A DNA stretch of 53,495 bases, filler included, from Jimgerdemannia flammicorona (taxonomy: Eukaryota), in NCBI GenBank assembly GCA_003990765.1. It is 2 parts of 2 records of this genome, joined end to end, with 100 filler letters (N's around TTAATTAATTAA, not from the genome) between each part and the next. Parts side by side here need not be neighbours in the genome. Positions count along the whole stretch, not along the records: positions 1 to 26,706 come from RBNJ01000704.1; 1 more part is not named here. One strand, given 5' to 3'. The notes below the pieces were generated by a model, which saw nothing but the letters and a program-made list of their open reading frames with translations, searched no databases and had not been told where the DNA came from. Of the stretch, positions 12,457 through 25,321 are shown piece after piece (positions within the stretch are counted from its first letter, which is position 1; the number at the start of each line of letters is the position of its first letter). The position numbers and the translations under genes are program-made.

Positions 12457-12773
12457 TTTACAATCTAATTCCACTTCAAGACGCTTCCTCACCCCACTAC
12501 AAACCCCTCTGAGAATTCTTACAAGTTGGTATAAAGCCCAACCTCTGAACTGGAATTTACCCTGAACTATCTGACAATCTGGAGAGAATTAAACCTGACA
12601 TACAAGGACAATTTGACCTCTACACCTGCAATAAGTGGGACAAACTTTACTTAAAGAAAGAAGTACTCCAATTAAACTAGCAAATAGGTGAAACCCTATT
12701 CACCAAACTTCTTGCTCTACACCTAGTAAGTCAAGATGAAGAAGGTCTTATAGAAGCCTTCTTTACTCTTCTC

Positions 12774-13952
12774 TTTTTTTTTTTGTTTAACGGACTCTAT
12801 GTCCCATGGATTTTTATTGGAAGGGAACCTAGAATATAGGCCAAAACTCTCCCCCACCATCCATTAAGCACTGCCCCCCCATTAATCTAGGCTAGCTATT
12901 GTCCAGCAGCTCAACCATATTAGGCACAGCAGGGCAAAGTAGCCTACACCTCATTCTGTGCACCATGCTCTCCCTATCACCAAGGGAAATCCAGCCATAT
13001 GCCAACAACCAAAAGTATACACCTGAGAACCCAATGTATGTATAAGGCTACACCCGAGCCAAATAGAATAGCCCCTACCACTCTAAAGAGAATGACAGGC
13101 AAAGAAAAAACCCTCATCAAAGTACAACACAGTGGGTAGGGCCTAGTTCTCCCAGTTGAGGTGAGTAAAGGACTTATACATGAGGTGGGAGGAGACCCCC
13201 AATACCCCACTACTCAAGCCTGCAGGTCTTAATCACATTGCCATGTCAGCTCCTGGTTCCAGTTGAGTGTAGCCAAGATGCCTGAAATGGGTAGCCTCAG
13301 GCCCCCCAACCCCCCCCGACAACCGGGGCCCAACCCCATAAATTGCCAAAAGAAGCCGAGAGTGACACCTACCACCTAACCACACCGTACCAATCAAAAG
13401 GCCCCACTGAAGCAGTACCTGCCCCAGTCCCAATGATTGCCCCCAGCCTGGCACCCTACTGGTTCACTGTTATCACCCTTCCTCCTATCTGTAATGGCCA
13501 TCTCTCCTCTCATCCCAACAACACCTAAGAAGCAGTCACCTATGCCAGAACTGTGCTCACCAGGAAGCTCGCCAAAGCCAGAGGGCTCCACCACAGGTAC
13601 TGAGGACCTGCAGGTAACCTACACTAAGCACTTGATGCCCAAGGTTGGCTGACTCTCTATATAGCCCAAGATACACCAGGACACCACCTTATTGGTGACA
13701 GCAAAAGGAAGAAGGCACTGCACCAAAATGGATGCACTCCAGATACAGCTGAAGGCACCAGAAACTGTGAATAAGTGGAGAAGACACCGATCCAGCACTG
13801 ATAAAGGGGCAACTCATCACCATTGTCTTCCTCCTGCCAAGCCCATGCAGGCACAGCAAACTAACCCAAGATAGAGGGGGTAATAATAGGGGAAAGGGGA
13901 CTCAGAAGATCACCTACCAAACCTTGTGACCAGTAAGGTAGCGGAGAAAGGG
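12774..13952 (-). mobile_element. 5'-truncated non-LTR retrotransposon (LINE-like) inserted in gag
   Basis: Perfect 18-bp TSD GCCTTCTTTACTCTTCTC (12756-12773 and 13953-13970). T12 at 12774-12785 is a poly(A) tail on the minus strand. The gag frame is restored when the insert is removed. Confidence 0.85.
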
Positions 13953-15664
13953 GCCTTCTTTACTCTTCTCAACAAGAGTTTTGTCAGCTCCACAAATCTG
14001 AGTGACCTAGGACAACCAGCAGCAGTCTTTCTAGCCTTAGTCCCTCATGAAGCCCAAGTCTCTATAGCCAAGTGGCTCAACTCTACTGTCTTTCACCATA
14101 CCAGAACCAAGACTGTACTATACTACCGATTCCAAAACAGCAAGGTCTACCATATTCTTAAAGAAGAAGCAAGAGAAACTCTTCATCAACTACCTGACCC
14201 CAAACCTGAAGCAGGCCCTACTACAGCCCTACCTGAATCTGAAATCAATACTGAACTAGAATTTGACTTCAAATTAAGTCCATCTGAAATCAGATATACA
14301 ACTAATTCCATCTACTTTGATACTGAGCAAACCCAATTACATAGAGACCAAACTGAAGAGGAGGAGGAGTATCTCAGTAAATTTGATCCCAGATACACCA
14401 CTGAAGGAGAAGCACCTCCATCAGGACAGAATACACCTATACAGCAACAAACAGCTATCTATCAAGCCCTTACTCCAGACCCACAATAACTACTCCAGCA
14501 ACTTACACAGACCCAAATAACACCCTCACACTCTACACAGTACCTCAAGTAGTACCAGTAACACCACTACCAGCAGTCCAACCACCTCCAGTAAACAACA
14601 TGGTAAACCAACAGATTCTAGACCTCACAGCCCAGATAGCCAAAATGGCAGCAACCATTACTGCCTTAGCCAAACAGATCTGACCTACCAAAAATCTGAG
14701 CCTACCTACCTTCAATGATACTGCATAAGAAGTCCAAAGCTTCATTAGTGTAGTTGACACCAACTTCAAAGCCAATCAATAGACCAATGAGCGAGTTGCT
14801 GACCGCATTCTGATAAACAATCAAGACCACACTCTGGAACAACTCTTTGCTACTACTATAGCCTATGTCTGCCAAGTTGTTACATTCTTCCGAGGACCCA
14901 CTGAAGAATAGTGGTAAACCCTTCCTGAAAAACTCCTCACATGGGACACCTGACCTGCAGTGGTTGCTCAGAATGTAGCAAATAATATTCTAGGATATGG
15001 AGCTCATCCTGCAGCCCCTGGACTCAAACAACTCATGATTGCTCAATACTACAGTGAAACCATGATTGCTGAATCTTGAGTAATACTCTGTAACCTCAAA
15101 TTCGATATATATGGCAAAGAAGAATTCAAAACCTTCTGTACAAAACTTGAGTCACTCCTGAACACTATTGACCTAGGATATATTGCCAATGATAAAGCAC
15201 AAAATGGTACAAGAGCAGACCATTTATTTGATGCACTACCTAAATGGCTTACTAGAAAAATCTGAGAACAAGACTGCCCAGTTGGTTGTGACTACCAACA
15301 ATGATGCCTGGCAAGAATCAAGACTATGGTTAAGTGAATCCTAACAGCTGGACCAATTCTGCCCTGAAGACAATTCAACAATAAGGAAAAGACTTGGACC
15401 AAGAAAGAAGAACTCAAGCATGAAGCATCCTGAGCTCCCTCTACATCCACCTCATGGATACCTGGAAATCATGAATCTACTCAGCTGAGTATCTTCAAGA
15501 AACTCACTGAAGGAGAAAGGAATGAACTTCAAAGAAGTGGAGCATACTTCTATTGCCAAAAGACAGGACATATGGCCAGTACCTGCCCTAACTGAAAACC
15601 CCAAACAGCAATACGAGCAACTGTTACCACTCTGTACCACCTCAACAACCTGACCACCAGAACA

Positions 15665-16072
15665 TTAGACTTTGTCAAGTTAAGACAAACTGCCAAGGCC
15701 CCAACCAAAGAAAGTCAAAAAGCAGCTGGATATGACCTGTATGCAGTCGAAGAAGCTACAGTTTCCAACCAAGAAGTCAAGCAAGTCTACACAGGAATCA
15801 GTATCCAAATTCCTGAAGGATATGTTGGAAGAATATGCTGTCACAGTAGCCTAGCATTGAAAGGACTCTCAGTAGAAGGAGGAGTCATTGATGAAGATTA
15901 CACAGGCGAAATTATTGTCCTCATCCAAAACTACAGTTGGACACTCTTCAAGATCTCTATTGGATTCTGTATTGCCCAGATACTATTTGAAAAAATCAAG
16001 TCAATGCTGACAGTCAAGGAAGTCTCTGAACTACTACCTACCATCCAAGGATCCAAAGGATTTGGCTCATCA
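15665..16072 (+). pseudogene. Retroelement dUTPase domain, copy 2
   Basis: All five motifs are recognisable: AAGYDLY, (R>H)SSLA, GGVIDEDYTGEI, (R>C)IAQIL, (R>Q)GSKGFGSS. In frame after the Gag zinc knuckle. Confidence 0.92.
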
Positions 16073-19000
16073 AACAAGGCTCCAGCCCAATCTAGTATGA
16101 ACAAAGAAGAACAATTCTATAAGAAAATCGAAGATAGATATATATCAAGTAGCTGATGCCCCTGTGGTATTGGAATGTACTCTTCCCAAATAATCAATGA
16201 TTGCTTCTCTTGTGTCAATGAACTGGCCCAAGAAGAACCAACAGAAGGAAAACTCCTACAACTAAAATTACCACTATTGGATCGGACAAACTGCTTATAC
16301 TCAAAGCTTTTATCAACCAAGCACCTGTCAAGATTATGATAGACAGTAGTGCCTCAGGCAACTTCATCAATGAAGAAACAGCCAATAGGCTCAAGGTCTT
16401 CACCTCTCTGGTACAACAAACTCAAGTATTTGCAACAGCTGATGGAACCTCTCATGTTATTAGCAAGGAAGTCTGCAATCTACCCTTCTGAATTGGTAAC
16501 TACTGAGTATATGTTACTCTCCAAATTGTACCACTTCCTGACAATGAAATCATCCTTGGGACTCCATGATTAAAATAAGAGAACCCTATGATCGATTGGG
16601 TAAATCATTCTCTGACCATTAAGAAAGGATGTCACAACTTCAAACTGCAAGGTGAAAAGGACCCACTCAACTCTAGTGACTCTAGACCAAAGATCACCCA
16701 CATCAACAAGCTACAACTCAAGAAATTAGCCAAGAAATATCCTCTCTTTGCTATCTCTATCCATCCATCTAAAGGAGAACCCGAGAACTCTGAAGAAGAC
16801 TTTTTCAAAGTTGACAGTCATATCAGACTACTACTCCAGAAATTCCGAGACATATTCCTAAAGAAGCTCCTAAAAGGCCTACCTCCCAAATGAGCAGTAG
16901 ACCATGCCATCAAGACTATCCCAGATGCCAAACTAGCCTTCAAGTCAATCTACTATATGTCTCCAAGAGAAATTGATGCACTTAAGAAGGAAATCGATAA
17001 ACTCCTAGAACAAGAATTCATCAGACCCAGTGTATCACCCTATGGTGCACCAGTCCTCTTTATTGTCAAGAAAGGAGGAGACCTGCGAATGTGCATTGAT
17101 TACTATGACCTCAATGAACAGACCATCAAGAACTATTGCCCACTACTGAGGATCGATGAAATATTTGATAGACTTACCAACCCACAATTCATGAGCTCTT
17201 TTGACCTACGAAATGGTTACTGGCAAATTACCATAAAAGAAGAAGACATCTACAAGACAGCCTTCCAAACCCACTATGGACACTTTGAGTTTCTGGTTAT
17301 GCCTTTTGACTTAACCAATGCTCCTACAACCTTCCAGACACTGATGAATACTATCCTGCACCCATACCTGAACAAATTTATTATTGTCTACATTGATGAC
17401 ATCCTAGTCTTCAGCAAAACCCTGGAGGAACATCTTGAACACCTCGAACTAGTACTACTGAAACTCCAAGAAAACTGACTCTTTGCAAAACTCAGCAAGT
17501 GCAAATTTCTCCTGAAAGAAATTCAATTCCTTAGACACCTTGTTACTCCAAATAGAATCAAAGTGGATTCCAGCAAAATCTCCACAATCAAGGATTGGCC
17601 CAGACCCAAGAAGCTAAAAGACCTCCAATCATTCCTGGGATTAGCAAACTATTACAGGCGATTTGTTGCCAACTTTGCCAAAATCACTATGGCCCTCACC
17701 CAAATGACCAAGCATAGTAAGAAAGAAGAACAACCCTGGACCACAAAACAAGAGAAAGACTTCAACAATCTTGTAAACTGGGGACCCAAACAAGATATCA
17801 CCTTTCAAGCACTGAAGGATGCCTTCCAGTACTTCAAGCAGCAAATCCTGCCCTACCATATGAAGTCACTACTGATGCCTCTGACCTAGCCCTTAGAGCA
17901 GTACTCATGCAAGAAGGACACCCTATGGCCTATCATTCCCATAAGTTCAATGATGCTGAAATTAACTACACAACTCATGAGAAGGAAATGTTAGCCATCG
18001 TAGACACTCTGATCAAATGGTGACCATACCTAGAAGGAGCACACTTCACTATATTAACTGACTACAAGTCATTAGTCAACATCAAGAGCCAGGCTACCCT
18101 TTCTCGAAAGCAAGTCAGATGGATGAAAGTCCTCACCAACTTTGACTATGAAATCCAGTATTGCCCTGATAAGGAAAATATTATTGCTGATACAATCTCC
18201 AGACCACTAATTAAAGAAGTTATCCAAACCCTCACCTTGGTTACAAACTCTATTATGGAACAAATTATCACAGCATATGCTGATGATAAGGAAGCTCAAG
18301 TACTCCTAGAAATTCTAAATAGTGACAATGCTGACAAGCACACCCAGTACCATCAATACCAACTCAAGGACAATGCTATCTACTACAAGGACAGACTGTA
18401 TGTTCCAAATAACTGAGATCTCTGAAGGACTATCCTATTTGAATGTCATGATGTCCCTATAGCTGGACATTTAGAATTTGATAAATGTTATGAAGTTATC
18501 TTCTGAAACTTCTATTGGCCCTGCATGGCAGATCAGCTCAAGACCTATATTACTTCCTGTGATGCCTGCCAATGGAACAAGTTCTCAACCCTGGAAAAAC
18601 CTGGTCTACTCCACCTTATCCTAGTATCATCTGCAAATTGGGAACAAATCTCTATGGACTTCATTGTACAACTACCCTGAACCAAGAACAGGAAAGATGC
18701 AATTGTTGTCTTTGTGGACTATCTCAGCAAACAAGCTCACTTTATACCAACCACCACCACTGCAATAGCACCAGAGATAGCCACACTCTTGTTTGATAAC
18801 ATCTTCCACTATTATAGTCTTCCTAAGATTATTGTTAGTGACCGAGATCCAAAATTCACCAGCCATTTTTGGAAAGCCCTCCATACATACCTTGGAACAA
18901 AACTTGTACTATCTACAGCCTTTCACCCTGAAACTGATGGCCAAACCAAAAGAATGAACCAAACTCTGGAACAAATACTAAGGAACTATGTTTTCTATAG

Positions 19001-19556
19001 ACAAGATAATTGGTATGAATACCTCACTACAGTCGAGTTTACCTATAATAACAGCAAGCAAGCCTCTCTTGGAATAACCCCATTCTTCACCAACACTGAA
19101 TAAAACCCAAACACCTCTTTGACACTCATCTGAACTACTAAAGAACCCTCTATAGTTGAAGCTGTTAAAGAATTCTTACTCCGAATATGTAATCTAAGTC
19201 AGATTGCAATTGAGAATTTATCGCAAGCTCAAGAACAACAGTCACAGTATATTAACCAACACTACCAAGAAGAAATCTTTGATATTGGAGAAAAAGTTCT
19301 ACTAGACATCCAAGGATACCAAGTTGACAACCTGAAGCACAGACCATCTATGAAGCTAAACAGTAAGTTCATTGGACCATTCAAAGTCATCACACAAGTC
19401 TCTCCCACTTTCTACAAATTGGTACTACCAGATACTATTAAAGTCCACCCAGTCTTCAATGTCCAACGTCTCAAGTGATATAATGAAAACAATGATGAGC
19501 TATTTCCAAACCAGACTACCAAACCACCTGCACCTGTCATAATTAATAACCAAGAA

Positions 19557-19706
19557 GAATATGAAGTTGAACAAATCCTCAATAAATGTGGCAACAAGAA
19601 GCACTCTGAGTACCTTGTCAAATAGAAAAGTTACCCAATCTATGATATAATATGGGAACCCAAGACCAATCTCCCAAATGCTACTGACTTAGTTTAGGAA
19701 TATAAT
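19557..19706 (+). other. Integrase C-terminal chromodomain
   Basis: EYEVEQILNK...EYLVK*KSYPIYDIIWEPKTNLPNA matches the chromodomain consensus YEVE.IL...YLVKWKGY....TWEP..NL. Confidence 0.88.
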
Positions 19707-19920
19707 TCCTTGAACAACTGAAATCTGAATACTCCAACACCTATTAGAACATACTATATATTACTCTCCTGAATATTATAATTATCACAAACCTAATCAA
19801 GAACTCAGCAAAACAAGACAAGAATACTGACTCTCTAGAAAAATAGCAAACTGAAAGTAAGCCTATTCTCCCCATACTACTGAGCAAAATTAGAAGGCCC
19901 CAACAAGGATATTGAAAGCT

Positions 19921-19933
19921 AAGAAGGGAAGAG
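19921..19933 (+). other. Polypurine tract
   Basis: AAGAAGGGAAGAG immediately before the 3' LTR. Confidence 0.85.
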
Positions 19934-19934
19934 T

Positions 19935-22228
19935 TATAAGTACACAACCTCCAAGCCACTGAAATCACACATCACCCTCTGAATAAGCCACCGAAATCAC
20001 ATGTGACCTCTAAACAAATCTGGAAATCATCTGCTTGATCACAAAGCTGAGTCAATATGAAGTCATGGAACACAAGATTTACACAAACGGAATCTTACCA
20101 ATCAGGATCAAATGCATATATACCAAGCCCCAAGATGCATCGAAACAGAGAACCAAAACAAACAACAACCACAACTTCCAAACATACAAATATGATTACT
20201 GAGATCTATAACTGCATCCACACTGACATTTGGAATACTATTGTCAACCAAGCCACACCCCCTCTGCCCCTCATGAATATCCATAGCCTAGCACCCCTCT
20301 ACTTCATGGAATCCTGATGGAATGCCCTGAATATGCTTAATAAGGCCCACTGAATTGGACAAATCTCAAGCTACTACCAGATTGGCCATCTCCTGGAAGA
20401 CATGATCGAACACCATCATGATACAGATATGACCCAGATGTCTCAACACCAGAAGCTCATTGCCTGCAAACACCAAGAACTCTTCTTTGAGTATAGCACT
20501 ATTATTCTCCGCCTCCGAGTTACTACAGCCGAAATGGTTGCTACCCTGTCTTATGGCCAAATCAATGACATGATACAAGAACTCAACCACAAGTACCTCA
20601 AGTATATTGAAATCACAGACAGAACCTTCCCACATCCCAATGATCATATTCTGCAAAAACTCCAAGTCAGATATGCCATGAAGGACATCTATGATATAAT
20701 CCACTTCGATGAAGATGAAGCAGAAGATAATGATCCCTCTGATACTGACATGACCTCAAGCCAAGGATCTCTACCAACTCTGATCATACTGCCAACCTTG
20801 CCGATGAACTTATAACAGTTTATAACCACCTACAAGACCTATTGGGACAATGATCATTAGTATAAATACCAACCTGCATTCACTCCTGATTACTTCAACT
20901 ATAATGAAGAGACCGGAGAACACAATCTGTACCTTCAGACAACCCTTGACATTGAACCAATCACTCCACCACCCAAGTATGAGCGATATGAACCACAGCC
21001 ACCAGCTTACTACAATCCTACAACTTATAGTGCTGTAACCTATAGAAGGTATATAGACAGTGAATCTGAGGAAAGCAAAGATGATGCATCCCTCCTTCAC
21101 CTGCCAACATCTTACCCAGCATACGAGACTGATGATGTCATCTTGTGGGATGGAGATGAAGTTCCAATATATTACTACCTTAGTGAATAAGGAGAAGTAA
21201 TCCATAAACTACTTTTTCTAGATGACTACTTTATCAGAGATAATGCAATCGATGGTGATGTCATCGAAGACTACCCAGACAGTACCTAAACCATAAATAG
21301 CTTAGTAGTCATAGTATAGTTAGATTAGCCTTATATAACATAACTGTGAACTGACTCAGTAGTCAGATGATCTCTTAATATATCAGATTACTCTTGTACT
21401 ACATGACTGCATTCTGACTCAACAAGGTACTTAGTGCTATATCCATATTCAGCATAGTCCAGATAGCCCCTCACTAGTATAAATACCCCCTGCCCCAGAC
21501 CTCAGAATCTCAGACTTGAATACACAAGAATATTCCTGAACACTTCTCCACAATACTCCTTCATACAACTACTCCTAGTATAGCAATATCATGAATAGCA
21601 AATAAATCTATCCCTTTGTCTATAGATAAGATCATCTTTTAAAATCATTTAGCAGACAAATTAAAGTTTGAAAAAAATGATTTTTTAAAACATTGTTTTT
21701 CTGTCTCAATTTGTTTAAAAACAAAAAAAAAAATTTTTATAAAATTTTTACCAAAGGTAGAATTATTATATAAAAAATTATTGGTAAATTTTTTTTTAAA
21801 AGCTATTATGATTTTAAAAGTTATAAACTTTTAAAATCTTGCTTCTAAATATAGGTGCAAAACAGTCAAAGAGATATAATAACCCACAAACCACTCTTAA
21901 GTAAATCCACTTCCTATTAGGTTCCACTCCTAACCCCATCACAAAATTTCCTAATTGGGTATTGTCTGCAGTGATACACCAATTCAACTAAGCTGGTCTT
22001 AGTTTCTTGAACTTTCTGAAATACAGAAAATCCTGAACATCCAGAACTAGTCTGAAAAAGGACTTTGGTTGAGACATCAACCTAATCTTGAAATCAATAA
22101 GCATAAAGGACATACTCTATATGAAATTGATCTTGACCTTAAGAAAATGATCTTCCAGAATATTTAGAACTTCCAGAAAACCCTTCTAGAACTATGTAAT
22201 GGTTATCCTAAAAAGCAACCCTCTTATA
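19935..22228 (+). repeat. 3' LTR (type A) containing ORF A (20192-21289) and a MITE
   Basis: Direct repeat of 10408-12441 plus a ~264-bp insertion. Termini TATAAG...CTTATA. Confidence 0.95.
21611..21874. mobile_element. AT-rich MITE-like insertion
   Basis: Absent from the other LTR copies. The ends TATCCCTTTGTCTAT and ACAGTCAAAGAGATA form a 12/15 inverted repeat. A 2-bp TA or AT duplication is present. Confidence 0.75.
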
Positions 22229-23844
22229 CTGAATATGCTTAATAAGGCCCACCAGATCAGACAAATCTCAAGCTACTACTAGATTGGTTGCCTCCTGGAA
22301 GATATGGTTGAACACTACCATGATACAGATATTATTCAGATGTCTCAATACCAGAAGCTTATTGCCCGCAAATACAGAGAACTCTTCTACAAGTACAGTA
22401 CCTTTATTCTCTGCCTCTGAGTTACTACTGCCAAAATGGTTACTACTCTGTCCTATAGCCAAATTGATAACATGATACAAGAACTCAACCACAAGTATCT
22501 TGAGTATATTAAAACTACAGACAGAACCTTCCCACACCCTGACAACTATATTTTACAAATGTCTCAAGTTGGTTATGCTATAAAGGACATCTATGATATA
22601 ATCCACTTCGACAAAGATGAAGCAGAAGATAATGATCCCTCTAATGCCAATATGACCTCAAGCCAAGGATCCCTGCCAACCCTGATCACTCTGCCAATCT
22701 TGCCAATGAACTTACAACAGTTCATAACCACCTATAAGACTTATTGGGACAATGACCACTGGTATGAATACCAACCTACATTCACCCCCAATTACTTCAA
22801 CTATAATGAAGAGATTTGAGAACACAACCTGTACCTCCAGACAACTCTCGAGATCAAACTAACCACTTCACCATCTGAGTATGAGTGACATGAACCACAG
22901 CCACCAGCTTACTACAATCCTGCAACTTATAGTACTGTAACCTACAGAAGGTATGCAGACAGTGAATCTGATGAAAGCAAAGATGATGTACTCCTTTTTC
23001 GCTCACCAATACCTTATCCAGTATATGAGACAGATGATGCAATTCTGTGGGATGGAGATAAAGTCCCAATGTATTACTACCTCAGTGAATAAGGAGAAGT
23101 AATCTGTGAACCACTCTTCCTAGATGACTACTTCATCAGAGACGATGTCATCAATAGTGATATCATCAAAGACTACTCAGACAGTATCTAAATCATAAAT
23201 AGCTTAGCAGTCATAGTATAGTTAGATTAGCCTTATACGACATAACTGTGAACTGACTCAGCAATCAGATGATCTCTTGATATATCAGATCACACTTGTA
23301 CTACATAACTGTATTCCAACTCAGCAAGATACTTAGTGCTATATCCATATTTAGCATAGTCCAGATAGCCTCTCACTAATATAAATACCCTCTCCCCCAG
23401 ACCTCAGAATCTCAGACTCAAATATACAAGAACATTTCTAAACACTTCCCCACAATATCCCTTCACACAACTACTCCTAGTATAGCAATATTATGAATAG
23501 CGAATAAACCTATTTAATAATCCACAAACTACTCTTAAGTAAATCCACTCTCTATTAGGTCTCACTCCTAACTCTGTTATGAAATTTCCTAATTGGGTAT
23601 TGTCTGCAGCAATATGCTAATTCAACTAAGCTAGCCTTAGTTTCTTGAACTTCCTGAAATATGGAAAATCCTGAACATCCAGAACTAGTCCGAAAAGGGA
23701 CTTTGGTTGAGACATCAACCTGATCTTGAAATCAATAAGTGTAGAGAACATACTCTATATGAAATTGATCTTGACCATAAGAAAACAGTCTTTTAGAATA
23801 TCCAGAACTTCCAAAAAACCCTTCCAGAACTACATAACAGTTAC

Positions 23845-25321
23845 TGTAAGAGGGTTGCTTTTTAGGATAACCATTACATAGTTCTGGAAAGGTTTTCTGG
23901 ATATTCTAGATGTTCTGGAAGACCGTTTTCTTATGGTCAAGATCAATTTCATATGGAGTACATCCTCTATGCTTATTGATTTCAAGATTGGGTTGACATC
24001 TCAACCAAAGTTCTTTTTTGGACTAGTTCTGAATGTTCAGGATTTTCTGTATTTCAGGAAGTTCAAGAAACTAAGACCAGCTTAGTTGAATTGGTATATC
24101 GCTGCAGACAATACCCAATTAGGAAATTTCGTGATGGGGTTAGGAGTAGGACCTAACAGGGAGCGGATTTACTTAAGAGTGGTTTGTGGGTTATAGAATA
24201 GGTTTATTTACTATTCATGATATTGCTATACTAGGAGTATTTGTGTGAAGGGATATTGTGGAGAAGTATTCAGAAATGTTCTTGTGTGTTCGAGTCTGTT
24301 TAAGTCTGGGGGAGGGGGTATTTATACTAGTGAGGGGCTATCTGGACTATGCTGAATATGGATGTAGCACTAAGTACCTTGCTGAATTGGAATGCAGTTA
24401 CGTAGTACAAGTGTGATCTGATATGTCAAGAGATCATCTGACTGCTGAGTCAGTTCACAGTCACATCATATAAGGCTAATCTAACTATACTATGACTGCT
24501 AAGCTATTTATAGGTTTAGGCACTGTCTGGTTAGTCTTTGATGACATCACTATTGATGACATCATCACTGGCAAAGTCTGAGCAGTTTTCTGACTTCTGA
24601 CATCATCAGTTTTCAAGATGTCGTCACTTCTATCTTTTGTAAGATTAAGACTGTTCTTGGTAGTGGTGGTTGTACAAGGATAACCAGTCTTGGTTCTCTT
24701 TTTTTTTTGGTTTGCTGGCGCATTTGCGAGGACTGGCCATTCTCGTCTAGGGTGAGGGCTCCCAATGTCGCAGCTGGGGGTTCGAACCTCTCGGAAATGA
24801 TATTTTCTATAATCCGAGGCAATTTCTAGTAGTAATATCTGTCACATGGATGGCTTGAGATTGGTTTTGACATTGTCGGCTTTCTTGAGTTTAGATGAAG
24901 TGTCCGTCACTCTTCAATGGAGGTGACACAGATAAAGCGAACGGAGTTGTTCAAATACATTTTGCTTCTGCTAAGTAATGAGGTCTTGTATAGTCACAGT
25001 ATATCTTGGTCTTGAGTTGATAAGTGCAGTTCGTGAACCTTTTGATGGGTGAGATAGGGTTCTTCTTGTCTTGATTTGAGTTTAGTACTTTCGGTTTCTT
25101 TTGTAATAGTACGGTATACTAAACTAGCTATAGCAGTTCAGAGTCAGTCTTATGGTTGTAGTACTTCTTCTAGTATTCTTGTATCTTAGTAGTAAGTTCT
25201 TGTGCTTGCTGGCATATTTGTGTAACCAGATGATCTCTTGTTTTGTAGTCTCGCATGTGGTTTCTGAATTAGTTCTGATGATGCTATGTGATTTTGGTGG
25301 CTTGGAGGTTGTGCGCTTACA
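23845..25321 (-). mobile_element. Type-B solo LTR (1477 bp), inverted
   Basis: Intact TGTAAG...CTTACA termini and TSD GTTAC (23840-23844 and 25322-25326). Shares its first ~40 bp and last ~720 bp with type A; the middle is unrelated. Confidence 0.93.
24516..25215 (-). pseudogene. LTR-encoded ORF B (~232 codons, unknown function)
   Basis: Reads MPASTRTYY*DTRILEEVLQP...DFASDDVINSDVIKD*PDSA*. It has C->T-type stops and one 1-nt slip in the homopolymer at ~24700. The copy at ~4103 shows CAA at the first stop. Confidence 0.6.

Larger units (their letters stand above)
12480..19720 (+). pseudogene. gag-dUTPase-pol polyprotein, disrupted by stops, small indels and a LINE insertion
   Basis: Zinc knuckle (C>Y)FYCQKTGHMASTCP at ~15545; PR IMIDSSASGNFI at ~16333; [12 protein letters not shown]...YIDDILVFS; RNase H TDASD; integrase IVSDRDPKF...ETDGQT; chromodomain at the C-terminus. 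The start position is approximate. Confidence 0.92.
10408..22228 (+). mobile_element. Full-length, mutationally inactivated Ty3/Gypsy chromovirus with dUTPase
   Basis: Two ~2-kb LTRs, 5-bp TSD CTGAA (10403-10407 and 22229-22233), PBS, PPT, and domain order gag-dUTPase-PR-RT-RH-IN-chromodomain. Confidence 0.97.

Noticed and set aside
16225..16260. Programmed -1 frameshift between dUTPase and protease (GGAAAAC)
   Set aside because: Copy 1 has one more base at the equivalent site (~6270) and reads through in frame, so this is most simply a 1-nt deletion in copy 2.
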